Origin: the human T2T-CHM13v2.0 reference genome, Homo sapiens
DNA: 64,000 bases
Assembly: GCF_009914755.1 (NCBI RefSeq)
Contig: NC_060941.1
Strand: one strand, 5' to 3'
Shown here piece after piece: positions 1 through 14,216 of the stretch; position 1 is the first letter of the stretch, and every line of letters starts with the position of its first letter. A program made the translations under genes and the position numbers. The notes beneath the pieces were generated by a model, which was not told the DNA's origin, searched no databases, and saw only the letters and a list, made by a program, of their open reading frames with translations.

Positions 1-25
1 GAGACTCTTGTCTCAAAAAAAAAAC
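1..25 (+). mobile_element. Alu 3' end and A-tail, cut by the window edge
   Basis: gagactcttgtctc followed by A11 matches the Alu terminus. Confidence 0.75.
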
Positions 26-689
26 CAATAATAATAATTAATAGCTAGGCAACTACTGCAATAATTGTTATTGAATATACATTCCTTTCTCATTAGTGGG
101 CACTGTGATCTTTATCAAATATTTTCCTATTCCACTTTTTAGAATTTGCTTCAGGGAAACCTAGTCTTAGAGGTATCTGCCGGTATAATCTGGCTTCTTC
201 ATCATTGACTTATTTGTTATGACTTTATAATACTTTAGCACCCAATAATTCAACTCACTTGCATGACTCTAATTCCCCATGTTTTTCTTAGACATCCTAA
301 TAGATTTATTCTTTTATTTGAATTTTGCAGTCATGTTGTCAATTTCCCATACTTAAATTTGGTTACTTAATTTTGGATTACTGTTACTTAAACTTGGATC
401 AGAAGTGAATGACACTTACGAAATAACCTGAGAGTTGACATGTGTAATAATGAGCATTCTTCACATCCCCTGGGACATAATGTGCATCTGCATTTTTCTG
501 ATTCTTTTTTCTATTTTTCAATAAATTTTTGTGGTTTTCTACACCACTAAAAGAACTAGTAATACATAGAGGTGCTCAATGCTAATGCTGGGTGGATAAT
601 GCAGCATTGCTGGAGGGATTAAAGGCAAATTACCTCTTAGCCTTTGAAGGTTCTTCTAAGTAGAGGGATCTGTTGCTTAATTCACATTT

Positions 690-1030
690 TAATGCATTTA
701 ATAGCTCTAAAAATATTTTATCTGGACCTCCTATTTGCCAGACATTCTAATAGGTTCTATGAAGGATTTAGACAAAGACTCAGCCATAGGTCCTATCATC
801 GAGATTCTTCCAGTCTGTGAGGAGGCACAAACCTGCATAAATGTAATTACATTATAATATTGCAGGTGTAAAATAAAAGTATGTTAAGAGCAAAGAGTTG
901 GCATATGATTAACAGCTATGATATGCAGGCAAGACTTCCAGATGAGTTGCTGATGAAACTTGTGTGAGGCACAAAAAAGATGGATAAGAGTTTCACAGGA
1001 GTGTAAAATGGCAATGTGCATTATGTGTTT
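690..1030 (-). mobile_element. Degenerate L2 LINE 3' fragment
   Basis: L2-like phrases (ctcctatttgccagacattct, tcttccagtctg...ggaggcacaaac); boundaries approximate. Confidence 0.45.
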
Positions 1031-1914
1031 GTTAAGGGGTATCAAGATGTGGAAGACATCATCTGTGATTCTTCTTGAGTCTTGGACTCTGTAAAATCCA
1101 CATTGTCAAGTCATAAGTCAACTTGAAGCTCAGAGGCTGCCTGTGTTGGGAAAAAGGGTGTGAATCTCCAGGGCAAGACAAAGATTAAGTAATGGATGCT
1201 TTGATGTTGTTTCCTTGAATGCGTCTATCTCATGTGTGTTTCTCCCCAAATATTTGGTGATAATGTGGTTTGGCTGAAGGAGAGAATGTTTGTTGAACAT
1301 TATGTCAGCATAATATCAGCTTTAGAATTTCACAGATATCTAAGTGTCCTAAGAGACCAACTGGACTGGATATCAGACCAAGATTCTGATAAAAGGGGAT
1401 AACAGAGATTAACCGGAGCAGAAAAAGTACTTTTCTGAGCCAGAGATAACAAGAGAAACTTAAAGAAAGTGCTGAAGCAAGAAACTTTAAGCCTGTGAGT
1501 AGGTAAGTAAAAACTTAAATTTTTTGCAATAATACCAAAGAAGATTTCCTTTTCTATCGTATTAAATTAGTGCTATCGGCTTTGGTCTAGATGCTTCTGT
1601 CTGAAGTATAGTGGCTGTAGTATTGTCTTTGGAATAAATATTAATAACGTTTGTTTCTGAGTATTCATTTTCGTAATTAATTGCTTCAGGTTGAGCTATG
1701 TCGCAATTAAAGATCATTTTGAACCAACTTCTACACTCAAAACATGAGGAAACTGAGGCTCATAGAGAAGAAATGACACTTGAAAGTCTCTCTGACAACC
1801 TATGCATTTAACATTCATCTATAACACTAACATTTTACACTTTTGCTGTTTTCCTTTGAGTAGAGAAGCCATCATGAATGATTCGTTTTTTGTTTTTGTT
1901 TTTTTGGATGGTCT

Positions 1915-3005
1915 TTAGTTTTTAGAACCATTTTAGGTTTGTAGCAAAATTAAGTGGGAGGTACACAGATTTCCTGTATATCTGCTGCCCTCAAACATAC
2001 ATAGCATCTCGTGTTATCAAACATCCCTACCAGAGGGGTACATCTGCTATAACTGATGAACCTACACTGACATATCACTATCAGTCAAAGTCCATACTTT
2101 ACATTAGGATTCACACTTGGTGTTATACATTCTATGGGTTTGGACAAATTTATAATGACATCTATCCATTATTACAGTATCATATAGAGTTGTTTCACTG
2201 CCTTAAAACTACCCTGTGCTTTGCCTATTCATACTTCCCTTCCCCTAACTCCTGGAAAACACTGATCTTTCTTCTGTTTTCCAAAATCTTATATAGTTGG
2301 AGTCACGCAGTACGTAGAATTTTCAGATTAGTTTCTTTTACTTACTAATATGCATTTAAGTTTCCTCCACCTTTTAGTATGATTTGAAAGCCCATTTCTT
2401 TCTAGTGCTTAATAATATTTTATTGTCTAGATGTACCACAGATATTTTTATCCATTCACCTACTGAAGGACATCTTGGTTGCTTTGAATTTTTAGAAATT
2501 ATCAATAAAGCTACTATAAACATTTGAGTACAGATTCTTGTGTGACGTAAGTTTTCATCCCCTTTGGGTAAATACCAAGGGGCTCAATTGCAGGATTATA
2601 TGGTCAGAGTATGTTTAGTTTTATAAGAAACCACCGATCTGTCTTCCAAAGTGGCTGTACCATTTTGTATTGGCACCAGCAATAAATCAGAGATCCTGTT
2701 GCTCCACAGTTTCCCCAGCATTTAATGTCAGTATTCTGGATTTTGATCATTCTAATAAGTATATAGTGGTATCAAATTATTGCTTAAATTTGCATTTCTC
2801 TGATGACATATGATATGGAGTATTTTTTCATATGCTTATTTGCCATCTGTATATCTTCTTTGGTAAGGAGGCTGTTAAGTCTTTGGCTTATTTTTTCAAT
2901 TGGATTGTTTGTTTTCTTATTGTTGAGATTTAAGAGTTCTTTGTATATAATTGAATAATAGTTCTTTATCAGATAGGTCTTTGGCAAAAATTTTCTCCCA
3001 GTATA
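1915..3005 (-). mobile_element. L1MC-type LINE-1 3' end (ORF2 C-terminus remnant plus 3'UTR)
   Basis: ORF 2784-2987(-) reads NNPIEK...[14 protein letters not shown]...IREMQI, the L1 ORF2 C-terminal motif; 3'UTR text gatgaacctacactgacatatcac...attctatgggtttggacaaat resembles L1MC1/2. Confidence 0.9.
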
Positions 3006-3049
3006 TGAGTTAACTAGTTAACTAGTTTCTCCTGATGAGATATCTTATT

Positions 3050-4235
3050 AAGAAGACAAGAATGCTCTCTAGTGTATGTCAAAATGCCTCCTTTCCCCTT
3101 CCTCTGCCAGAAGCATAAGGGGATTTTTAATTTTTAAAATTTTTTTGCCAATATTTACTGTGAGAACTTGGTGCAACTCCTGGAGGCAAAACTCAAAAGT
3201 GTGTCTCTCCTCCCCTCAACCACCTACTCCAGGACTGGATCTCCCTGGAGTTTTTAATCCTTGGACTTGTTTACACTGACCTCCAGAAATTCATCAATTA
3301 CAGCTCAGGTTTTCCTACTCAAAATTGATTCCCTTGGAGGTTTCTGTTCTAATAAGCTGTGATTTTTTTTTTAATTCACCTCTTGACTTACCCAGTTTTG
3401 GAGGCAGTGGTTTGCCCTGTGCCCTCGCTTCTCTGATCGATCTAAGAGTTGTTGATTCTTCAGTTTCTTCATCCTTTTGTAATCAAGTGTTCACCTTGCC
3501 TGCTGCCTAGACAGGGCCAGCTTATCCAGACAGGGGAATTGCAATGGAGAGAGAGTAATTCAAGCAGAGTCAGCTGTGTGGGAGATCGGAGTTTTATTAT
3601 TACTCAAATCAGTCTCCCAGATCAGAGTTTTTAAGGATAGTTTGTCGGGTATGGGCTTGGAAAGTGAGGAGTGCTAATTGGTTGGGTTGAAGGTAAAATC
3701 ATAGGGGGTCGAAGTGAGTTCTTGCTGGCTTACATTCATTCCTGTGTGGGATCGCAGAACTGGCTGAGCTGTATTATCAGTCTGAGTGGCGTCATCTGAG
3801 TGATGTCATGTGCTATATCAGAACGCAGGGTCTGTAAATATCTTAAACACTGATCTTAGGTTTTACCATAGTGATGTTATTCCCAGGAGCGATTTTGGGA
3901 AGGTTCAGACTCTTGCAGTCAGAGGCTGCATGGCCCCTAAACCGTAATTTCTAATCTTGTAGCTAATTTATTAGTCCTACAAAGGCAGACTGGTCCCCAG
4001 GCAAGAAAGGGTTTTTCAGGAAAGGACTGTTATCAATTTTATTTCAGAGTTTAAACTATAAATTCCTTCCCAAGGCTAGTTTGGCCTACACCCCGGAATG
4101 AACAAACACAGTTTCAAGGTTAGAAGGAAGAAGGGGTCAGTTAGGTCTGTTTCACCGACATAATTTCCTCACTTATGATTTTTTGCAAAGGCAGTTTCAC
4201 TTTGACTTGTGGCAACTTCCAAGCTTCTAACACGT
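3050..4235 (-). mobile_element. L1MC-family 5' region, split by the LTR8 at 3478-4199
   Basis: gcagtggtttgccctgtg...tctgatcgatctaagagttgttgatt resumes after the LTR as ctttgacttgtggcaacttccaagct, as in old L1M 5' ends. Confidence 0.6.
3478..4199 (-). mobile_element. LTR8-family solo LTR (ERV1)
   Basis: TG...CA termini; 4-bp TSD CTTT (3474-3477 and 4200-4203); minus strand starts tgaaactgcctttgcaaaa...gaggaaattatg like LTR8. Confidence 0.88.
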
Positions 4236-4891
4236 TTCATAGGGCTGATTTTAGGTTTTTAAACTACACATTTTATTATGTTTTAAAATGAGAGGTCCAT
4301 CTAATGACAGGATTATTATATATAGTATATATCTTATTATATCTTTAAATGATTAGTCTTTGGAGTTTATTTCCTGATTCTAATATTTTTCATGTTATTA
4401 TCTGATAGAGAAACTAATTAATCATATTATTAGAGCTAAGTCTCTGTCTGCAAGTATGAAGACTAGATCATTTAAAACAGTTAATTCTTAAAGAGCTAGA
4501 GACCCAGGAGGGAAAATGTATTTGAAAAATAAGAGTTTCTATGTCATTTGTTAAATCAACAGAAACATGACCTGAAGTTCCACCTAAAAACCTTAAAGTC
4601 CCAATTATTCTTAATTTACAAGCTAAATTTAATTGAATAATTGAATTAAAAGCTCAAATTTTACTTCATCAAAAGACTCTTCCCATAATTTTTGGTAAGT
4701 TTCTCATCAGTATCAACCCTTAGAGTTTACCATGAATGCTGAAGACTCACTGTGTTACACTTATCCGTTCTGTTACAGATGAACTTTACGGGAGAGATTT
4801 TAAAAAGATGAATGTATTAGCATTTAAGCAGTCAGAGAATAATACACCAACCCAAGTAAGAGAGGTCTATGAAGCTGTTTTGTTTGTTTTT

Positions 4892-4916
4892 GTTGGTGGT
4901 GGTGGTGGTGGTGGTA
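4892..4916. repeat. (TGG)n microsatellite
   Basis: About 8 GGT units. Confidence 0.85.
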
Positions 4917-6258
4917 AATTTACCATTACTAGCCACCAAATGATGGAGTCTGTGATTGTTCCAGTGCCTCTCAGATAATAATATCTTTTATCTTAATATA
5001 TTTTCATCTTAATATTGCAGAAGATCTGGTGATGTTGTCGTGCTGGTAAGAAACAGAGCTCAGGTAGCCCACCTCTCTTAAACCTCTAAAAGTGTTTCTT
5101 ACTTTTAAAAATATTTCTGGAGTTAAAAGTCCTGAGATGTATAGCTCTCTCTCAGTCTGAGAGACTCACTTACCTGAGCAAATACTTGAAATTTTTCCTT
5201 ACATGCAGAGCCTCGGTAGGAAGATAACGTATCAGTCAGGTGTTGCCTTTACTCTGCCAGAGGCTTCAGCTGTTAGGAAATTTACCATTCTAACTTTTCA
5301 CTGTTGGAATCGCTGGGTCATGCAGAGAAGCAAAATCCTTTAGATTTCTTTCGTCCTCTGTTGGCAATACTGTAGCCCTGACTTAGGATTCAGCTGTTAC
5401 ATTTTCTTTTGCAACTGGAGAAAATTGAAAATGTAACTTCATAATATCCCTCCACTCAATGTTGTCAAAGACACTTAAAAACTCCCAGTTACTACTTAAG
5501 CCTTAAAGGTGCAAAGGCAATTTCGTTTTGGGGCTTTGCTCCTCTTTTTCAGCTGACTCTCTAAAAGCCTGTTTCTTCCCCAGAAGCAGGTGTCTTGTTG
5601 CTGAGTATCACACTTATAGTGGGGGTGGATCTTTGAAACTGGATCTGTGGACTTTTCTCTCTTACCATGAGCCCTCTGATCTCTGCAGCATTTTTCCTTC
5701 CTTGGAATTCTTGCACAAACAGGAGTGATTGATTTTCAAAATTCAGACTATTCAGTTTGATCATTTTAATCCTACCACAAAATCATGGCTGCAAGAGGAA
5801 ACTTTATTTAAGATATATCAGCCAAGATTCTAAAGAAAAGTTGGTGTTCATTTAATTCTTTTAAAGTCTTGGAAGGTATCTAATCGCCACAACCAACCAT
5901 TGATTGAGACGTCATTTTATTTTTCTGAGTCCCAAGAGCAACATAATAGGCCTTCAAAGCATATTAATCTTGAATAGAATCAATAAAGAATAAATGTCAT
6001 TTTTAACAGACTGGAAAAATGAGGATTCTCTGGCAGTGATGTAACCATGCCGAAGTATGAAGTTGTGTTTTTGTGTGATGGGAGTAATTGAAGAGCTGAG
6101 GGCAGGCTGCAAAATGCAGTCAAAGGAAAGCAGGCTTGCCTTCAGCAAATGAGAAGCTTATAGCTTTGTCTTCACAGCATAGTAAAAAGATTAAACAGAA
6201 TCAGACTGAGGAAGGAATTTATATCTCACGATGCCTGCCCACTTTCTGAGAAAGGATA

Positions 6259-6573
6259 CAGTCATCTCTTGGTATCTATGGAAGATTGGTTCCAGGGCCC
6301 TTGGTGACTTTAAAATTTCAGGATCCAAGTCACCCATAAAATGGCATATTACTTACATATAGCCTACACACATCCTCCCACGTTTTTTAAAAATCATCTC
6401 TGGATTACTTACAATGGAAATGCCATATAAATAGATGTTATACTGTGTTGTTTTTCATTTTTATTATTTTGTTGTATTTTCATTTGTTTTGTATTTTATT
6501 TTGTTTTAATATTTTTGCTCTGAGGTTGGTTGAATCTATGCATGCACAACCCATGGATACAGAGGGCCAGCTG
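6259..6573 (+). mobile_element. MER2 (TcMar-Tigger) DNA transposon
   Basis: cagtcatctcttggtatc...ggatacagagggccagctg terminal inverted repeats flanked by TA on both sides. Confidence 0.88.
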
Positions 6574-6649
6574 TACTTGCAAAATAACATATGCTCAATT
6601 TTGTCTTAAGAACAAAGTATTAGTTCACAGGAAGGACAACCAAAGGTCC

Positions 6650-6900
6650 TTTATTCATTTGTTTTTGTATTTATTTAAGAAGTACATATTGAGCACCTGT
6701 TTCATCTCAGTTACCACGAAGAGTTAGAGAGACAGGAGGGTGGGTGGTAGATACCAAGATGATAAAGACAGGACCTTGAGGAGTTCATAGTATGATGGGG
6801 GAAGAGAGATATGCAAATAAATCATCAGAATTTGTAGTTACAAATGGGATACTTGAGCCTGAACAATGTGCTCTGGAAGCACATTTTGCCTGGGAAGAAG
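6650..6900 (-). mobile_element. L2 3' fragment
   Basis: attcatt...tattgagcacct...ccttgaggagttcatag pattern. Confidence 0.5.
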
Positions 6901-7832
6901 CAAGAGTAAGTTCATGAAAGATGCATGGGTCTCTAGTAAGTGACTGGTACAGTATATTTAATGATTCCAGGCTTTAGACTTCTACAATTAGGCAAACAAA
7001 CTAATCTATATGTAAGAGATACACAGTACCTTGTCCAAATTTTTGTCCAAATATTTTCATACTACAGATGTGTTCTAGCCCCTCTGACTAACGTTTCATT
7101 TTAACTGAGACTGGAGCAGTGTGGAGCAGCTGAGCCTTGGAAACGTAAAACCAGGGAACAGTAGGTGGTGTGAGACTACAGACCTCGAATCTTCATGAGT
7201 TCTGGTCTCAGGTAGATTAAATTAATTCAGTGATGTAGAAGTAATAAAATAAAATAAAATAAAGTCTGACTTCTGGAAATGACTCAACAGTTTAACAACA
7301 AACTTTCTTTCAAATCTGTAAGTATCTATTCTTATTATAAACGATTCTTGTAAGGTTTAAGGTGTGGACATTCCCACCTCACTGGCCGCTGTTGTGTGTG
7401 TGTGTTTTGCAATTCTATCTAGACCTCAGCCAGCCTTTTGGGAAATTTAGAAGGGATCACAGGGCCGGGAGAAGATAAAGACAAGAAAGAAAAAGAGAAA
7501 GAGGACAGTTTTTCTAGGATAGAGCAGATTTCGTTCTCTTGGTCCTCCAGGCTTTTTCTCCCTCCTGATGATTTGTGAAAACCCACCTTCCTGAAATTCC
7601 ATGGACCAAAGTACTGCAAGAAAGTAGACGACAAAATCGAAAAGAATTTGGAGTGAAACTGGATTACACTGGATTATGCCTACTAGATGTGACAAAATTC
7701 TAACTCTAACTCCAATTCTAAAATCTAATTCTTTGGCTTTTAACATTCCACACTGATGATCCTGAATAATAGAAAATAGATTATGTAGACAGAATTTGAA
7801 AAAAAAAATTCTAAGTGGACTTATGTGTGTTA

Positions 7833-8291
<459 letters not shown>

Positions 8292-8561
8292 CTAAGCCTT
8301 TAAGGTTTTTCAAAATGGTGACAGTTATTTTTGTTTCATGCTTAGGATAGATGCCCCATTACCATGAAATCAGGTTTTCTATGGCAGTTTGCCTACATTC
8401 CCTCATGTTTTTTTAAATAAAATCAGTTCATCAAAGGGATAATTAAATGTGGTTTATTTGGAAATGAACTCATAAATCAGAAACATATTTGCCTGGAACA
8501 TAAATCCTGATTTTTTTCGCCCATGAAATTTAGTTATTTTACCCATGAGTTCAATAACATA

Positions 8562-8900
8562 GGCGGGCGCAGTGGCTCACGCCTGTAATCCCAGCACTTT
8601 GGGAGGCTGAGGCAGGCGGATCACGAGGTCAGGAGATCGAGACCATCCTGGCTAACACGGTGAAATCCCGTCTCTACTAAAAATACAAAAAATTAGCTGG
8701 GCGTGGTGGCGGGTGCCGTAAGTCCCAGCTACTCGGGAGGCTGAGGCAGGAGAATGGCGTGAACCAGGGGAGGCGGGGCTTGCAGTGAGCCAAGATCCTG
8801 CCGCTGCACTCCAGCCTGGGCGACAGAGTGAGACTCCATCTCAAAAAAAAAAAAAATATAATAAATAAATAAATAAATAAATAAATAAAAATTAAAAAAA
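8562..8900 (+). mobile_element. AluY with (AAAT)n tail
   Basis: gagatcgagaccatcctggctaacacgg and agaatggcgtgaacc diagnostics; taacatag repeated on both flanks. Confidence 0.95.
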
Positions 8901-9784
8901 CATTAAGTAACATAGCTTGGGTAATTGAATGCTAAAGTAAACAGTCTCGTGAGATTTAAAATTTATAATTGACATTGTTTGACTGGAAGTAACCCTCTGG
9001 GGAAGTCACTATACAGAATTGTTAACATTAAAATATAGTTAATGAACAAATGAAGCTGGGCAACTTTTCCTGCAGATTTTGAAGGGAGAGTGAACATCCC
9101 TTTCCAACCTTATAATTCTTTGTCTTTACTGAGATCTTCTCGAGTTGTTAAATTTCAACCTGTTCTTTATAGTGTCAAATGAAAGTGCCATTAGGGTAAT
9201 CCCATAGAACTAGTTCGTGACTTTCTTTTTTTTACAGTGATACTGTGGTTTGGATGTTCAGAACATCCAGGCACTTCCAGATCAGTATCAGCTTCAACGG
9301 CTCAAAGTTGTTCCAGGAAATGAATGAAGTGCCCTGTGTGACCTCCAGTAAGCTTGCTTATTTCAAGAGAGCTTGGTGTTTTCTCGTGACAACCTTGCAG
9401 ATTACTTCGGTGACAACGTAAGCCTTGTTCCAACACCCAGAGGAAAAGAAAGGTTTTTAATGAAATGGTGAGAGTTGAAGGAAGAAGAATGACTAACACA
9501 ACACCTTGGCCCACTCATGGTGAAGATGAGACTTAAAGGAAGTTTGGCTCCTACTTCCTTTCGAAATAATTGCAACACCTAGGAAAATTAACATTCAGTC
9601 AATAGCTGGGCTCTGCCAATGTGCATTTTCTTCCTTGCAGAACACCGAAAAAAAAATTGAATTCCAGAGTACATTTCTTACTTAGATTAAGGACACTGAC
9701 AAGGTCATTTCTAGTCTGCCCCAGGTACCATATGCAAAAGGATGGGAGTGGGAGGGAGAACACTGATGAAGATAACCTGGCACC

Positions 9785-9970
9785 CTTACTACCTGTGTGA
9801 CTTTGAGGTTAACTTTTTCAGGCTAATATTTGTATTTGGAAAATGGGAGTGATGATTTTGTATTTACTCGCAAAGAAGGTTAGAAGGATTAAACAAGATA
9901 ACACATGTAAGGCACGTAGCACTCTGCCTGGCACTGAGCAAATGCTACATAGGAGATAGCTGCTATTAAT
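9785..9970 (+). mobile_element. MIR
   Basis: ctgtgtgactttg...aaaatggga...ggattaaacaagataacacatgtaaggcac...gcctggcac. Confidence 0.75.
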
Positions 9971-10532
9971 AGCGCAACACGATAGTTTCCTTGTGGAATT
10001 TTCTCCCACTGACTCTCTTTCAACTAAGTGGCAGTACTGTTTTTGTATCTATTTTAGGAAAAAATAAAGACCTGCAGAACAAACCTAGTTTCTATTTCCT
10101 TGTCATGAAATAAGCTTTCCCTTAAGAAATACCCAGCACAAAGACAACCCAAATATATTATGAGAAGGTTCATTACTTCTGAATGGTCATTTAACTAAAG
10201 TGACAAAAGAACGATGACAGGATTATTATTATTTTCCTTGTTATACTAGGCTTGATGGTGAGTTCATGTTACACTTAGCATTATTAGGAAGAATTAGTGT
10301 AATTGTTAGAATTATCAGTGGGGAAGAGTACTCTGCTTCCTAGAGAGTGGATACCCCATCTTACCAATAAAGGCAATAAAGAAGATGAAGGTGACACTTT
10401 TTAGCAATTCTGTGGTTTAGTGACTCTGTCCTATTCATCTTTGAGTCCCACTGAGACTGGTTTGAAATACAGAGATACTAATACCTTGTACAGACAGAGC
10501 AAGTACTGCTTTTTGGAAGTTGGATGGAAGAC

Positions 10533-10595
10533 CATATATATATACACACACATATATATACACACATATATATATATACACACACACACACATAT
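10533..10595. repeat. Compound (TA)n/(CA)n microsatellite
   Basis: Alternating TA and CA blocks. Confidence 0.9.
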
Positions 10596-11329
10596 AACCC
10601 CTGTCTAACACATAGATGTGGTTTGAGGAATTTCCATCTGTTTTTGGCACTGCCTCTTTGGTGCATGTGGCACTCGTTCAAACAGCTCTCAGGTTTCACT
10701 GAGCTTAGGATTTGCCATCTGGTTGTTTGGAACAACTTTTCTTTGTCCACTGATAAACCCAACAAAAGGGTTACGAACAAAAATGAGCATGATCCAGGTG
10801 CCAGGAAAGATGCATTTCTCTGACAGTTTCCTCCTCTATTTTTTTTTATAGCAACACTCATTTTCCATAGCTCTGAATACCACCATCACCATCCAATTCC
10901 ACCCTGGGAGGAAATAAGGGAGCAGGCTCCATATATAGATTACATACTCTATGTAAAATTGCTTGTACTCAAACCCAAAACACTCTGAACTCACTTCATC
11001 AGTATTGGTTGGAGAGAAAAATTCTGTGCCTGAACAAGGTGCAGATTTGTAGCACCATTATCAGAGGCAGGGCTGATTAGCATATCACGGGCCAGCAATA
11101 TTACTGAAATCAGAAATAAAATTTAAAGTCACGTTTAAGGTAAAATAATTTGCTTATTTCATTCAAATCCAAAAACTAGGAATCATATGATAGATAATTG
11201 GGTTGTATGTTTTAAAAAAGGCAAAGGAAATAGGGGAAGTGTCTAAATTTCTAACTTAATCCTATAGACAAATTGCAAATAAATTATAGAAACAGAACAG
11301 GGACCTATCCAAAAATCATAGAATTTCTA

Positions 11330-11470
11330 GGCTGAAAAGAATCTTAGGTTTGACTTAATCATCTTAATTTTACACATGAAAAATTGAGACTAAGGGAAGT
11401 TAAATGGCATTTCAAGCTCACAGATGAGTAAGTGGCAAAGATGAGACCACAGGCTAGATCTCTCCATTTT
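11330..11470 (-). mobile_element. MIR fragment
   Basis: attttacacatgaaaaattgagactaagggaagttaaatg...agtaagtggcaaag. Confidence 0.6.
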
Positions 11471-12460
11471 AAGATGGGTGTTTTCAAAGTATGTAATCAA
11501 TTTGTGACTTCTTGTCAATATTATCCAGTTCAATTTTGTTTAATTTAATAAGGACCTACTGTTTTCTCATGGCAACCATCTTATTTAGATACCTTCTAAA
11601 ACACAGAAGTGTCAACTGGTTGATGAGATTTAATAATATTATCCAGATTACCTTTTGTTTCATAAAAGATCCCCACAAGAGTTATATGTTCATATTTTAC
11701 AAAACAAATTGTATACCATTATTTTCATATTTTAATTTCATCCTAGTACAACTGACTGGATGATGGGAAGGTTCAGTCCATGTATCAGGTAGAACGAATC
11801 ATCATCACATATAATTATGTGCCCCAGAGGCAAAATGCCTGGTTCCCTCTACACATTGTCTTCTCCACAGAGACAGGCAAGGAAAATGGTTATCAGTGAA
11901 GCTGTTTTGTCAATTTCTGATTAATTTGGGGGAAATGGTAACAGTTTGTTTCCTGTTATGTCATGATGCATGGATTTGGTGCTTTCATAAACACAAGCAT
12001 GTTCAGATGATTCAACAGTTTGGTTTTGACAAATTCATTAATACATTGATTTTCATATCAAAGAAAATATTGATCTATTTAAAGGACTGGCTATGTATCG
12101 GGCACTCAATCTGTGTTCCCCAACCACGCTGAAATTTTGTTTTCCCCCAACAGGCCCACATGAAAGTACAGAAAGCCAATGATAGGCTGGCTATGGGACC
12201 GACGTAATTGGAAGTGAGGCACTGACCCAAAATTTGGTGACAAAAATATACTAGAAATTTATTCCTTTCTTTTTCTTTTCTTTTTTTTTTTTTTCTACAG
12301 AGTCTCACTCTGCCACCCAGGTTGAAGTGCTGTGATGCGATCATAGCTCACTGTAGCCTCAATCTCCCAGGCTCAAGTGATCCTCCAGCATCAGCCTTTT
12401 GAGTAGCTGGGACTGCAGGTATGTGCTACCAAGCCTAGCTCATTTTAAAAATTTTTAGTA

Positions 12461-12937
<477 letters not shown>

Positions 12938-13639
12938 TAGGAGAGATGAGGACTTGCTATGTTGCCTATGCTGGTCCTGAACTCCTGAGCTATATAGCAG
13001 TCCTCCCACCTTGGTCTCTCAAAGTGCTGGGATTACAGGCGTGAGCCACCATGCCCAGCTGTAGGTGGAGCATCAGCAGGTTTTAGGTAGTAGCAATAAG
13101 CAAATCATTTGAGGTCACAGTATCCAACCAAGAACTCAGTAGAGATAGAGCTTGCGGATTAGATGCCTTACTTATTACCTGAAGCTGAGCATGAGGAGTG
13201 GGAAAATTAGTGATTAGCAACAACACGCGTGTCTAATTAAACAAATAAAAAGAAACTATTAAAGTAGAAATAAGAACTACTGAATATAAATACCTTCAAC
13301 AGTTGTATGCTATTTCTTTTTTTCCACCTTTTTTACTCAAACAACTTGTACTCATATTTAGGAGTTTCAGTTGGCTTTTCTCACCACTAGGCTCTTCTTA
13401 TTTCTTGCACCTTCTGTCCCAAGGATCTATACACATGTCACCTGTCACAAGCTTAGAACTGATGAGACATGAGTACTTTGGGCTGATTACACTGTTTTTT
13501 GGTCTCCTCCAATTACTGATATCTGAGCTGGGCCAAATGAGTGGGATTCAGACCAGGCTGCCAGATCGAATACACCATACAATTCAAAGTTTCTGCCTCT
13601 GGAATCCCTATAGCTCATTTATCTGTAGCTCACTTGCTT

Positions 13640-13662
13640 GCTTCTTTCTTTCTTTGTTTGTT

Positions 13663-13714
<52 letters not shown>

Positions 13715-13783
13715 TTTTCCTTTCTTTCTTTTCTTTCTTTTTCTTGTTTCTTTCTTTGTTTCTTTCTTTTTTTTTTTTTTTTT
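13640..13783. repeat. (TTTC)n plus poly-T pyrimidine tract
   Basis: About 140 nt, almost all T/C. Confidence 0.95.
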
Positions 13784-13956
13784 AAATAAATCACCTTAAG
13801 CTATGTTAGAGGCCGGCCATGATGCAGTACTCTAATAGCTTGGTTATGTTGGTAATTACAATCATATGAGACAAAGTGTCTCATGTACCATATGACAACA
13901 GGAACCCAATAAGGGCATTGGTAATTTGAGTTCCCATTTTAAAAAGAATCTGATTT

Positions 13957-14183
13957 AAAAATATATATATATATATATAAATATATATATAAATATATAT
14001 ATATAAATATATATATAAATATATATATAAATATATATATATAAATATATATATAAATATATATATAAATATATATATAAATATATATATAAATATATAT
14101 ATATAAATATATATATAAATATATATATATAAATATATATATATAAATATATATATAAATATATATATATAAATATATATATA

Positions 14184-14216
<33 letters not shown>
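13957..14216. repeat. 260-bp pure A/T repeat: (TA)n with periodic AAA interruptions
   Basis: Units such as ATATATATAA and ATATATATATAA; no G or C. Confidence 0.97.

Noticed and set aside
2784-2987. ORF similar to L1 ORF2p
   Set aside because: Short degenerate fragment of a dead L1; not a functional CDS
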